This document shows positions 9,037 to 17,505 of a DNA stretch of 32,000 nt, one piece after another. The stretch comes from Dickeya dadantii NCPPB 898 (GTDB lineage Bacteria; Pseudomonadota; Gammaproteobacteria; Enterobacterales; Enterobacteriaceae). A program made the translations under genes and the position numbers. The notes under the pieces are model-generated. The model made no database searches and had not been told where the DNA came from. It worked only from the letters and a program-made list of their open reading frames with translations. Location of the stretch: positions 73,186 through 105,185 of the forward strand of contig NZ_CM001976.1 of NCBI RefSeq assembly GCF_000406145.1, in the 5' to 3' direction. Each line of letters opens with the position of its first letter. Position 1 is the stretch's first letter.

Positions 9037-10323
9037 GTGAAGAATGAAGACAGTCAGATAACACTTAATGCTTTTTCACACCAGTTAACCAATATAAATA
9101 TCTGGTCGTGCGATGGCAAATGGTTGATTTATGACGTTCGGCCGCATGGATCTTCATTCACAGGATTGACCATCGAACGCGTCAACGTGGAAACCCGCCA
9201 GCGCGAGGTGCTTTACCGTGCCGGGCAGGGCGCGCATGTCGGCGTGGCGACCGGCAGCCCGGTGGCGCCGCAGCGTTATGTGTTTATCCACGGCCCGGAA
9301 AATCCCGATGAACACTGGCAGTACGATTTCCATCACCGCCGCGGCGTGATGATGCACGATGATGACCGCCGGCAGGCGACGACGCTGGATGCCTGCGTGC
9401 TGACGGCACCGTATCTGGCCGGCGCGCTGCGCGGCGGTTCGCATGTGCATGTGTTCAGCCCGGACGGCAGTCGGTTGAGCTTTACCTACAACGACCATGT
9501 GCTGCACGAGCGCGACCCGGCGCTGGATCTGCGCAACGTCGGGGTGGCGGTGCCGCTGCATCCGGTGGTTGCTCCGCACCGCCATCCGCGCGAGCACGAC
9601 GGCAGCCATTTCTGCGTGCTGGTGAGCGACACCACGCCGCAGCCGCGCCCCGGCAGCGATGACATCAACCGCGCCTATGAGGAAGGCTGGGTGGGAACCG
9701 CGGGCTATCTGCGCCCGGATGGCCGCCGCCAGCGCTGGGCGCTGGCGTTTATCGGCGATACGCTGTCGGCGCGCGGCGAGAAAGTGCCGGAGGTGTTTCT
9801 CGTCGATTTGCCGGAACAGCTGGACGACTACGCCCGCCCCGGCGACCGGCCGCTGGGCGGCACCGACGCCGCATTGCCCGCGCTGCCTGCCGGCGTGCGC
9901 CAACGGCGGCTCACCTTCACCACCGACAGGCCGCATCCCGGTGTGGTCAATCAGCCGCGCCACTGGTTACGCAGTTCGCCGGACGGCAGCCAAATTGCGT
10001 TTCTGATGCAAGACGACCGCGGCGTGGTGCAACTGTGGACGGTATCGCCGAACGGCGGCGCGCCGCGTCAGGTGACGCAGGGCGACTGGCCGGTGCAGTC
10101 GGCGTTCAGCTGGCATCCGGACGGCAGGCATCTGGCGTTCATTTGCGACAACAGCGTGATGCTGTGCGAGGTGGCAACCGGCCGGCTAATTCGCCAGACC
10201 GCGCGTAGCGAAACGCCGCCGGTGGGGGACGCGGTGGTGTTTTCACCGAATGGCGATCGCATCGCCTACCTGCGGGATATTGATGGCTGCAACCAGATTT
10301 TCGTGGTGACGGCCATGCGTTAA
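9037..10323 (+). CDS. yidR: YidR (DUF3748) beta-propeller protein of unknown function
   Basis: Colinear with E. coli YidR (LTNxNxW..D..WLxxDVRP, GGSHVHVFSPDG, INRAYEEGWVG, VVFSPNG). GTG at 9037 with GAAGG upstream is preferred. TTG at 8986 is the longest possible start. Confidence 0.85.
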   Translation: MKNEDSQITLNAFSHQLTNINIWSCDGKWLIYDVRPHGSSFTGLTIERVNVETRQREVLYRAGQGAHVGVATGSPVAPQRYVFIHGPENPDEHWQYDFHHRRGVMMHDDDRRQATTLDACVLTAPYLAGALRGGSHVHVFSPDGSRLSFTYNDHVLHERDPALDLRNVGVAVPLHPVVAPHRHPREHDGSHFCVLVSDTTPQPRPGSDDINRAYEEGWVGTAGYLRPDGRRQRWALAFIGDTLSARGEKVPEVFLVDLPEQLDDYARPGDRPLGGTDAALPALPAGVRQRRLTFTTDRPHPGVVNQPRHWLRSSPDGSQIAFLMQDDRGVVQLWTVSPNGGAPRQVTQGDWPVQSAFSWHPDGRHLAFICDNSVMLCEVATGRLIRQTARSETPPVGDAVVFSPNGDRIAYLRDIDGCNQIFVVTAMR

Positions 10324-10340
10324 CGACGGCGTTTTTCCTG

Positions 10341-10374
10341 ACGGGCGGCGCGTGCAGACGGGTTCGCCGCCCGT
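10341..10374 (+). terminator. strong hairpin after yidR (terminator-like, weak U-tract)
   Basis: Perfect 10-bp stem ACGGGCGGCG / CGCCGCCCGT with a 14-nt loop. It separates yidR from the downstream operon. Confidence 0.45.
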
Positions 10375-10423
10375 TGCTTACCTCTCTTCCGCCATTCCCC
10401 TCTGCGGTTTTCATCGAGCCACT

Positions 10424-10473
10424 GTTTTGATTGCGATCTACGGTTTTGATTGCGATCCACTGTTTTGATTGCC
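10424..10473 (+). repeat. three tandem direct repeats, period 19 bp, in the kinase-operon promoter region
   Basis: GTTTTGATTGCGATC at 10424-10438 and 10443-10457. GTTTTGATTGCC at 10462-10473. A degenerate fourth copy starts near 10407. Confidence 0.7.
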
Positions 10474-10573
10474 CAATAAAACTGTTTCCTTTCAAACGAT
10501 TACTTTTTATTCACCGATCCGCCTCACAGTTCACAGCAAAAAACATTGTCACCTGCTCTGCGCTTCCAATACA

Positions 10574-10593
10574 TTGCTAACTCGACTTAGCAA
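10574..10593 (+). promoter_or_regulatory. 20-bp CG-centred palindrome, candidate LacI-family operator
   Basis: TTGCTAACTC|GACTTAGCAA, 9 of 10 symmetric with a central CG. Ends 12 bp before the kinase ATG, just upstream of its AAGAGA SD. Confidence 0.4.
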
Positions 10594-10605
10594 AGAGATT
10601 TCAGC

Positions 10606-12192
10606 ATGAAAAACGGTTGCTTCATCGGTGTGGATGTCGGGTCGGCCAGCGTCAGGGCCGGGGTGTTTGACGGCGAGGGCCAACGCCTGGCGTTTGCGGT
10701 GCGGCCTATCGAACAGTTTCATCCCCGCACCCACATGGTGGAGCAATCATCGACGGATATCTGGCAGGCGGTCGGCGCCTGTGTGCGTGAGGCGCTGAGC
10801 GTAGCGGCGGTTGCCCCTTCGCTGGTGCGCGCCATCGGCTTTGACGCCACCTGCTCGCTGGTGGCGGTCGGGCCGCAAGGGCATCCGGTATCGGTGGCCG
10901 AGCAGCACGACCCGCAGCGGGACATCATCATGTGGATGGATCACCGCGCCGCCGCCGAAACCGCCGACATCAACGCCACCGGCGACGAGGCGCTGCGCTA
11001 TGTGGGCGGCGAGGTCAGTATTGAGATGGAATTGCCCAAGATCCTGTGGCTGAAGCGTCATTTCCCGGCACGTTATCAGCAGGTATGGCGCTTTTTCGAT
11101 CTGGCGGACTATCTGGTGTGGCGCGCCACCGGCGCGGACGCCGCCAGCGTCTGCACCCTGACCTGCAAGTGGAACTATCTGGCGCACGAAAACCGCTTTA
11201 GCGACAGCCTGTTGCAGGCGGTCGGGCTGGCCGATCTGCAGCAGAAAATCCCGCCGCGCATCCTGCAACTGGGCGAGGCGGCCGGAACGCTGGCGGCTGA
11301 CGTGGCGCGCGACTGGGGGCTGCCGGAAAACGTGGTGGTCGCCGGTGGCATTATTGACGCCCACGCCGGTGGGCTGGCGCTGGTGGGCAGCGAACCGCAG
11401 GGCAGCCTCGCCGTCATCAGCGGAACGTCTAACTGCCATATGCTGGTCAGCCGCCAGCCGGTTGAAGTACCCGGCGTGTGGGGGCCGTACTGGGGGGCGA
11501 TGCTGCCGCAGTGGTGGCTCAACGAAGGCGGGCAGAGCGCGGCGGGCGCGCTGGTGGAATGGACGTTGCGCCAGCATGCGCAGTGGCCAGTGTTGACCGC
11601 GCAGGCGGAGCAACAGCGCCGTAGCCCGTATGCATTGCTGAACGAGTGGGTAGCGTCGCTGGAGCAGCGCGAGCCGTTGCCGACCCGCCATCTGCACGTG
11701 CTGGCGGATCACCACGGCAACCGCTCGCCGCGCGCCAACCCGGATGCGCGCGGTGTCGTGATGGGGCTGACGCTGGAACAAGGGCCGGATGCGCTGGCGC
11801 GGCTGTATCTGGCGACATTGCAGGCGATCGCCTACGGCACCCGGCACATTATTGAGGCGTTGAATCAAGACGGTCATCAGATTACCCGGCTGACGATGTG
11901 CGGCGGCGCCACCAAAAATCCGCTGTGGCTGCGGGAATACGCCGCCATCACCGGTTGCGATATTCAACTGGCGAGCGAAGAAGACGCGGTCACGCTCGGC
12001 GCCGCGTTGCTGGGGGCGGTGGCCTGTGGCGCGTATCCCTCGCTGCCGCAAGCGGCGCAGGCGCTGGTGCAGCCCGGCCCGCTTATCCGCACCGACCGCC
12101 GCAATCAACCGTTTCACGACGCCAAATACCAGATTTATCTACAGATGTATGACTACCAGCAGGCCGTCCAGCAACAGATGAGCCGTCACTGA
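10606..12192 (+). CDS. FGGY-family carbohydrate kinase (pentulose/ribulokinase-like clade)
   Basis: 528-aa ORF. N-terminal FIGVDVGSASVRAGVFD phosphate-1 motif, GTSNCHM and MCGGATKNPLW FGGY motifs. Length is typical of FGGY pentulose kinases. Confidence 0.8.
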   Translation: MKNGCFIGVDVGSASVRAGVFDGEGQRLAFAVRPIEQFHPRTHMVEQSSTDIWQAVGACVREALSVAAVAPSLVRAIGFDATCSLVAVGPQGHPVSVAEQHDPQRDIIMWMDHRAAAETADINATGDEALRYVGGEVSIEMELPKILWLKRHFPARYQQVWRFFDLADYLVWRATGADAASVCTLTCKWNYLAHENRFSDSLLQAVGLADLQQKIPPRILQLGEAAGTLAADVARDWGLPENVVVAGGIIDAHAGGLALVGSEPQGSLAVISGTSNCHMLVSRQPVEVPGVWGPYWGAMLPQWWLNEGGQSAAGALVEWTLRQHAQWPVLTAQAEQQRRSPYALLNEWVASLEQREPLPTRHLHVLADHHGNRSPRANPDARGVVMGLTLEQGPDALARLYLATLQAIAYGTRHIIEALNQDGHQITRLTMCGGATKNPLWLREYAAITGCDIQLASEEDAVTLGAALLGAVACGAYPSLPQAAQALVQPGPLIRTDRRNQPFHDAKYQIYLQMYDYQQAVQQQMSRH

Positions 12193-12242
12193 TAGCCGAA
12201 TTTTCTTCCGGCGCAGTCCGGAGAGGACACCAGGAGCATACT

Positions 12243-13913
12243 ATGTTGGAACAACGTGTTTCGTTGACACTGAATCTTCCCGCTTCACCCCGCCGGCTTT
12301 CCGTCGGCGAACGTGAGGTTTTGCTGGTTACCAACGCGGATCTGCGGGAATCCGCCAACCTGACCTGCTGGCCGACCCAGCAGCAGTTTGAAAGCCGCCT
12401 GCAGAGCGCGCTGGAGCAACTGGGATACCGCATGACGCGCGCCCATGCGGTGGACAGCGCCCGCGGGCACGGCTTCATCAGCAGCCAGCGGGAAGGCAGC
12501 GACGTGTTCGCCGCGCTCGACCCCGACGCGCCGGTCATCGTGTTGCTGACCGCCTGGCAGTATTCCCACCATATCGCGCCGTCGCTGGTGCATCACCGCG
12601 GCCCGGTGCTGCTGCTGGCTAACTTCGACGGCACCTGGCCGGGGCTGGTGGGCATGCTGTGCATGGCGGGCTGCCTGACCAGCCTTGGGCGCGACTATTC
12701 CCGGTTGTGGTCGGCGACGTTCGACGATGACGCGTTCCGTCAGGGGCTGGCGACCTGGCTGCGCGACGGCGCGGTGAGTCACAAGACCGGCTATTTGCGC
12801 CTGGTGGCGGCGTCTCACCCGGTGCTGGCGACCCCGGCCGGTCAGGTCGGCCGTCAGGTCGGGGAATACATTCTGCGGCATAAGGCGATTATCGGGCTGT
12901 TCGACACCTTCTGCATGGGGATGATTAACGGCGTGTTCCCGCAGCAGGCAATGGTGACTATCGGTATGCCGATCGAATCGTTGTCGCAGTCGGCGTTGCT
13001 GGTGGAGATGGCGAAGGTGCCGCACGCTCTGCGGGAAAGCTGTCTGGCATGGTATGAGCAGCGCGGCATGCGGTTTGAGTTCGGTGATGACGGCAGCCGC
13101 CAGCTGACGCGCGATCAGGTGCTGGAACAGTGCGCGATGATGATCGCCATGGCGCGCTTTACCCAGCGTTTCGGGCTGGCGGCGGTTGGGGTGCAGTACC
13201 AGCAGGGGCTGAAGGACAGCTGCGCCGCGTCTGATTTCGCCGAAGGGGCCATCGGTAACGCGGAACGCTTCCCGCTGCCGGATGAGCAGGGCGAGCCGAT
13301 TCGTCCCGACGTCGCCATCCCCTGCATCAACGAGGTGGACATGGGCAGCGCCATTCCGCAGGTGATGTTGTGGCACCTGCTGCACGGGCTGGGGCTGCCG
13401 GCGGAAACCACGCTGCACGATATTCGCTGGGGCAGCGAGCATCAGGGCGTCTTCTATTGGGATCTGGAAATTTCCGGCGCGGTGCCGTTCGCTCATCTCA
13501 AAGGCGGCATCGCCGGCGCCACCGGCTATCGTCAGCCACCGATGTTCTTCCCGTACGGCGGTTCCACCATCGCCGGGCAGGGCAAAGCGGGGCGTTTTGT
13601 CTGGGCGCGGGCGCATTACGAAGGCACGCAGGTGATGATGCATATCGGCACCGGCACGGCGGTGGAACTGCCTGCAGATGAATTTGAACGCCGCCGCCGT
13701 GCTACCAACTACGAGTGGCCGCTGCTCAACGCGGTGCTGGACGGCGTCACCCGCGACGACCTGATGGCGGGCCACCAGAGCAACCACCTGACGGTGGCGT
13801 ATGTGGACGAGGATAAGCTCGCCGAGGTGCTGAAAGCCTTTGTCGCGCAGGCGTTGACGCAACACATTCAGGTATGGACGGCGGGCGACGCTCACCGGTT
13901 GCTGGCGGAGTAA
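12243..13913 (+). CDS. L-fucose/L-arabinose isomerase superfamily protein (divergent FucI-like aldose-ketose isomerase)
   Basis: 556-aa ORF. By-eye alignment to E. coli FucI: LLANFDGTWPGLVGML vs WGFNGTERPGAVYL; CINEVDMGSA vs ATENDSLNG (Glu337); HDIRW vs ADVRT (Asp361); QSNHLTVAY vs GANHGVLTIGH (His528). AGGAG SD. Confidence 0.65.
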   Translation: MLEQRVSLTLNLPASPRRLSVGEREVLLVTNADLRESANLTCWPTQQQFESRLQSALEQLGYRMTRAHAVDSARGHGFISSQREGSDVFAALDPDAPVIVLLTAWQYSHHIAPSLVHHRGPVLLLANFDGTWPGLVGMLCMAGCLTSLGRDYSRLWSATFDDDAFRQGLATWLRDGAVSHKTGYLRLVAASHPVLATPAGQVGRQVGEYILRHKAIIGLFDTFCMGMINGVFPQQAMVTIGMPIESLSQSALLVEMAKVPHALRESCLAWYEQRGMRFEFGDDGSRQLTRDQVLEQCAMMIAMARFTQRFGLAAVGVQYQQGLKDSCAASDFAEGAIGNAERFPLPDEQGEPIRPDVAIPCINEVDMGSAIPQVMLWHLLHGLGLPAETTLHDIRWGSEHQGVFYWDLEISGAVPFAHLKGGIAGATGYRQPPMFFPYGGSTIAGQGKAGRFVWARAHYEGTQVMMHIGTGTAVELPADEFERRRRATNYEWPLLNAVLDGVTRDDLMAGHQSNHLTVAYVDEDKLAEVLKAFVAQALTQHIQVWTAGDAHRLLAE

Positions 13914-13916
13914 ATC

Positions 13917-14876
13917 ATGACTTACGACAACCCATCTTTTAACGATGAAAACAAGTACGCCGGCATCTGGCCGGTGATGCTCACCCCGTTCGACGCGCGC
14001 GGCGAAATCGACTATGCCTCGCTGGCGCGGCTGGTGGAGTGGTATCTGGACGCCGGCGTGCACGGGCTGTTCGCCGCCTGCCAGTCCAGCGAGATGTTTT
14101 TCTTAAGCGATGCGGAAACCCGCGAGCTGGTGCGCTTTATCGTAGCGCAGGTGGACGGCCGGGTGCCGGTGGTGGCGTCAGGCCATACCGCCAGCGCGTT
14201 CAGCCAGCAGGTGGACCAACTGAACGGCGTGGCGGAAACCGGCGTGGACGGCGTGATCCTGATCAGCAACCGGTTGGCGCTGGCGGGCGAGCCGGACGAA
14301 CAGGCGCTGGCTCGCTTGCAGGCATTGACGGCGCAACTGCCCGCGCAGGTGGATCTGGGCATCTACGAATGTCCTTACCCTTACAAACGGCTGCTGTCTG
14401 ACGAGACGGTTGCCTGGTGCGCGCGCAGCAGGCGTTACACCTTCATTAAAGACACCTGTTGCGATCTGCCGACCATTCGCCGGCGGTTGCAACTGGCGCA
14501 GAACTCGCGCCTGCATCTGGCGAATGCCAACAGCCAGACGCTGCTGGCGTCGTTGCAAGCCGGCTGTCAGGCCTACAGCGGGGTGATGGCCAATTTCCAT
14601 CCGCAGCTGTACGTGTGGCTGTTCGAACACTGGCGCGAGCATCCGGCGGCGGCGCAGCAACTGGCGGACTATCTAGGTACGGCGGCGCTGGCGGAGTTTC
14701 TCGATTATCCGGCCTGCGCCAAGTTCTATCAGCAGCAATGTGGTACGTTCTCGACCCACGTGTGCCGGGTGCGCAACAGCGCGGCTTACGGCGAGAGTTT
14801 CTTCCCGCAGGCGATTGAGAGCATGCTCCGGCTGGGCCAGACGCTGGAGACGCAGCTCCCGGCATCGCTCCGGTAA
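13917..14876 (+). CDS. DHDPS / N-acetylneuraminate lyase family class I (Schiff-base) pyruvate aldolase
   Basis: 319-aa ORF. PVMLTPFDARGEIDYASLARLVEWYLDAGVHGLF, IYECPYPY (catalytic Tyr position) and YTFIKDT (Schiff-base Lys position). The usual GTTGE motif is replaced by CQSSEM. Start lies 3 bp after the isomerase stop. Confidence 0.8.
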   Translation: MTYDNPSFNDENKYAGIWPVMLTPFDARGEIDYASLARLVEWYLDAGVHGLFAACQSSEMFFLSDAETRELVRFIVAQVDGRVPVVASGHTASAFSQQVDQLNGVAETGVDGVILISNRLALAGEPDEQALARLQALTAQLPAQVDLGIYECPYPYKRLLSDETVAWCARSRRYTFIKDTCCDLPTIRRRLQLAQNSRLHLANANSQTLLASLQAGCQAYSGVMANFHPQLYVWLFEHWREHPAAAQQLADYLGTAALAEFLDYPACAKFYQQQCGTFSTHVCRVRNSAAYGESFFPQAIESMLRLGQTLETQLPASLR

Positions 14877-14892
14877 CCTGAAGGACACCCTG

Positions 14893-15939
14893 ATGAAGCT
14901 GACAATGACAACACAGCAATTCGTCCTGCCCGAAGGGCATGACTACTTCGGCAACTGCCACGCCTCGACCGCGGCGGTATTGCCGGAGGGGCGGCTACGG
15001 GTGGCCTGGTTTGCCGGTGAAAAGGAAGGCAGCGGCGATACCGCTATCTGGCTGGCCTGCGCCGAGCAGGGGCGCTGGCTGCCGCCGGTACGGGTGGCGT
15101 GGGAAGACGGGCTGGCGCACTGGAACCCGGTGTTGCATTGGCAGGCGGGCACGCTGTGGCTGTTCTATAAAGTGGGCGCCGATGTGCACCACTGGCAGAC
15201 GCGGGTGACGGTATCGACGGATGACGGCGCGAGCTGGTCCGCCCCACGCCCGCTGGTGCCCGGCGACAGTGCGCCGCGCGGGCCGGTGAAGAACAAACTG
15301 CTGGTGATGTCCAACGGCGAGTGGCTGGCGCCTGCATCGGTTGAAGACGATCGTCATTGGGACGCGTTTGTCGACCTTAGCGGCGATCGGGGGCGGAGCT
15401 GGCAGACGGTGCCGATTCCGCTGACCCACCGGACGCCCGGTGAGCGTGACGGCGAGGCGTTGTGGCAGGGGCTGGAGCAGGCGGCGCTGTGGGAAAATGA
15501 CCTGACGCGGGTGTTTCAGTGGGACGGCGTGATCCAGCCATCGGCATGGGAGTCGTCGCCGGGGCAGGTGCATGTGCTGATGCGCAGCACCCGCGGCGCG
15601 CTGTACCGCAGCGATTCGGACGATTACGGCCGCCGCTGGCGCGAGGCTTACGCCATTGATTTGCCGAACAACAACAGCGGCGTCGATCTGGCGCATCTGG
15701 GCGCGGGCCGTCTGGTGCTGGTCTACAACCCGGTGACCGGTAACTGGCGCCACCGCTATCCGCTGACGGTGGCCTGTTCCACCGACAACGGCGAGCACTG
15801 GGAAAACAGTATCGATCTTGAGCAGGAACCCGGCGAGTTCTCTTATCCCGCCATTATTGCCGATGGCGACACGTTACATGTGACCTACACCTGGAATCGA
15901 AAAAATATCGTTTACTGCGCGCTGATATTCAGCGGGTAG
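14893..15939 (+). CDS. BNR/Asp-box sialidase-like six-bladed propeller protein, no signal peptide
   Basis: 348 aa from MKLTMTTQQF with GAAGGA SD. Three Asp-boxes: STDDGASW, SGDRGRSW and STDNGEHW. CHASTAAVLPEG, WNPVL, GPVKNK, PNNNSG and YPAII..G..LHVTYTW resemble the BNR_2 exo-alpha-sialidase-like family. The ORF-track start at 14740 overlaps the lyase and is rejected. Confidence 0.8.
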   Translation: MKLTMTTQQFVLPEGHDYFGNCHASTAAVLPEGRLRVAWFAGEKEGSGDTAIWLACAEQGRWLPPVRVAWEDGLAHWNPVLHWQAGTLWLFYKVGADVHHWQTRVTVSTDDGASWSAPRPLVPGDSAPRGPVKNKLLVMSNGEWLAPASVEDDRHWDAFVDLSGDRGRSWQTVPIPLTHRTPGERDGEALWQGLEQAALWENDLTRVFQWDGVIQPSAWESSPGQVHVLMRSTRGALYRSDSDDYGRRWREAYAIDLPNNNSGVDLAHLGAGRLVLVYNPVTGNWRHRYPLTVACSTDNGEHWENSIDLEQEPGEFSYPAIIADGDTLHVTYTWNRKNIVYCALIFSG

Positions 15940-16052
15940 TCGTTGTAGCACTCAAAAAAACCTGTACCCTACACCCCCCGCCGACCTCCGGGTACGGCGG
16001 CGTCCGGATGGCTTTGCCTGAAGGGCGATAAAATCATAAAGCGAGGAACATC

Positions 16053-17405
16053 ATGTCGATTTCCGTGGAATTATCCCAACACCAGGCGATGCACAATAAA
16101 TCCAATATCCGCCGCGTGGTGATCTCCAGTTGGATTGGCAACACCATCGAGTTTTACGATTTCCTGCTCTACGGACTGGCGAGCGCGCTGGTGTTTGGCA
16201 AACTGTTCTTTCCCACCGTCAGCCCGATGGCGGCGATGCTGGCGTCGTTCGCTACCTTTGGCGTGGGGTTCATTGCCCGCCCGCTGGGCGGCATCTTCTT
16301 CGGCCACATGGGCGACACCCTGGGGCGTAAGCTGACGCTGCTGATTACCCTCGGCGGTATGGGGATGGCGACGTTTCTGATCGGCTGCCTGCCCACCTAT
16401 CACCAGATTGGCGTCTGGGCGCCGGTGCTGCTGGTGGTGCTGCGTTTCGTACAGGGCTTTCTGGTGGGCGGCGAGTGGGGCGGCGCCATGCTGATGGTGG
16501 TGGAAACCGCGCCCGCCAACCGTCGCGGCCTGCTCGGCTCCATTCCTCAGACCGGCGGTTTTTCCGGACAGCTGCTGGCGACGGCGATATTCGCCATGGT
16601 GTCGACGCTGCCGGAAGATCAACTGATGTCCTGGGGCTGGCGCGTGCCGTTCATGCTGAGCGTGGCGCTGGTGCTGGTGGGGCTGTATATGCGCCGTAAG
16701 GTGGATGAAACGCCGGTGTTCCAGCAAGTCCAGCAGCAACAACAGCAACAGCAAACGCGTGAGCAGGAGCCGGTGCGCCGTCAAAGCCCGGTGGTGGAAG
16801 TGCTGCGTAAACAGTGGCGCAGCGTTTGCCTGATCATGGTGCTGCGCTTCGCGGAAAGCGTGCCGTTCTTTTTGGCGACGGTGTTTGCGGTGTCCTACGC
16901 CACCGTACAGCTGGGCGTGCCCAAACAGACCATGCTTAACGTGATCATGGCGACCTGCGTGATGGCGTTCCCGATGCATGCGCTGTTCGGCGCGCTGTCC
17001 GACCGGGTCGGCCGCCGTCCGATCTATATCTTCGGGGCGCTGTGCGCCGCGGCGATGGCGTTCCCGTTCTTCTATCTGCTGGAAAGCGGCTCCTTTGGTC
17101 TGATGGTGCTGGGATACATTCTGCTGATTAATATTGCCCACAACTCCATCAACGCGGTGCAACCGGCGTTCTTTACCGAACTGTTCGGCCCGAAAGTACG
17201 TTACAGCGGCGCGTCCATCGGCGCACAACTGGGGGCGATTGTGGCGGGCGGTTTCACCCCGTTTATCGCCAAGGGGCTCACCGCGATGGATAACGAGTCC
17301 TGGACGCTGGTGGCGACCTACGTCACGGTAGCGGCGCTGGTGGCGGCGTTCGCCGCCTGGAAAGCGCCGGAAACCTCGCACCGTGATATGACCAAAGACG
17401 TGTGA
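16053..17405 (+). CDS. MFS transporter, metabolite:H+ symporter (MHS; KgtP/ShiA/ProP-like) family
   Basis: 450-aa ORF. WIGNTIEFYDFLLYGLASALVFGKLFFP and GHMGDTLGRK motifs are typical of MHS. 12 predicted TM segments by eye. Poly-Q in the central loop. Confidence 0.85.
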   Translation: MSISVELSQHQAMHNKSNIRRVVISSWIGNTIEFYDFLLYGLASALVFGKLFFPTVSPMAAMLASFATFGVGFIARPLGGIFFGHMGDTLGRKLTLLITLGGMGMATFLIGCLPTYHQIGVWAPVLLVVLRFVQGFLVGGEWGGAMLMVVETAPANRRGLLGSIPQTGGFSGQLLATAIFAMVSTLPEDQLMSWGWRVPFMLSVALVLVGLYMRRKVDETPVFQQVQQQQQQQQTREQEPVRRQSPVVEVLRKQWRSVCLIMVLRFAESVPFFLATVFAVSYATVQLGVPKQTMLNVIMATCVMAFPMHALFGALSDRVGRRPIYIFGALCAAAMAFPFFYLLESGSFGLMVLGYILLINIAHNSINAVQPAFFTELFGPKVRYSGASIGAQLGAIVAGGFTPFIAKGLTAMDNESWTLVATYVTVAALVAAFAAWKAPETSHRDMTKDV

Positions 17406-17414
17406 TTTATTGAT

Positions 17415-17438
17415 CGCGGCCAGGGTCGGCCGCGCTTT
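17415..17438 (+). terminator. hairpin after the MFS gene (weak terminator)
   Basis: CGCGGCC-AGGGTC-GGCCGCG followed by CTTT. Confidence 0.4.
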
Positions 17439-17505
17439 AGCTGCGTCGAGTTAGTTATTCCGTTACACTGGCTGTCTTTCAGTTCTCACAGGGATATTCT
17501 GTTTC

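Noticed and set aside
10424-10473. Tandem repeats at 3823-3883, 10424-10473, 22259-22319 and 26770-26839, considered as CRISPR arrays
   Set aside because: Units are only 11-21 bp, with two to four copies, either directly abutting or separated by short non-unique spacers. There are no cas genes. They are simple tandem duplications or binding-site arrays.
15978-16000. GC-rich hairpin (CCGCCGACC-TCCG-GGT(A)CGGCGG) between the BNR and MFS genes, considered as a terminator
   Set aside because: No U-tract follows it. It is more likely an intercistronic stabiliser or REP-like hairpin within one operon, and is too uncertain to annotate.
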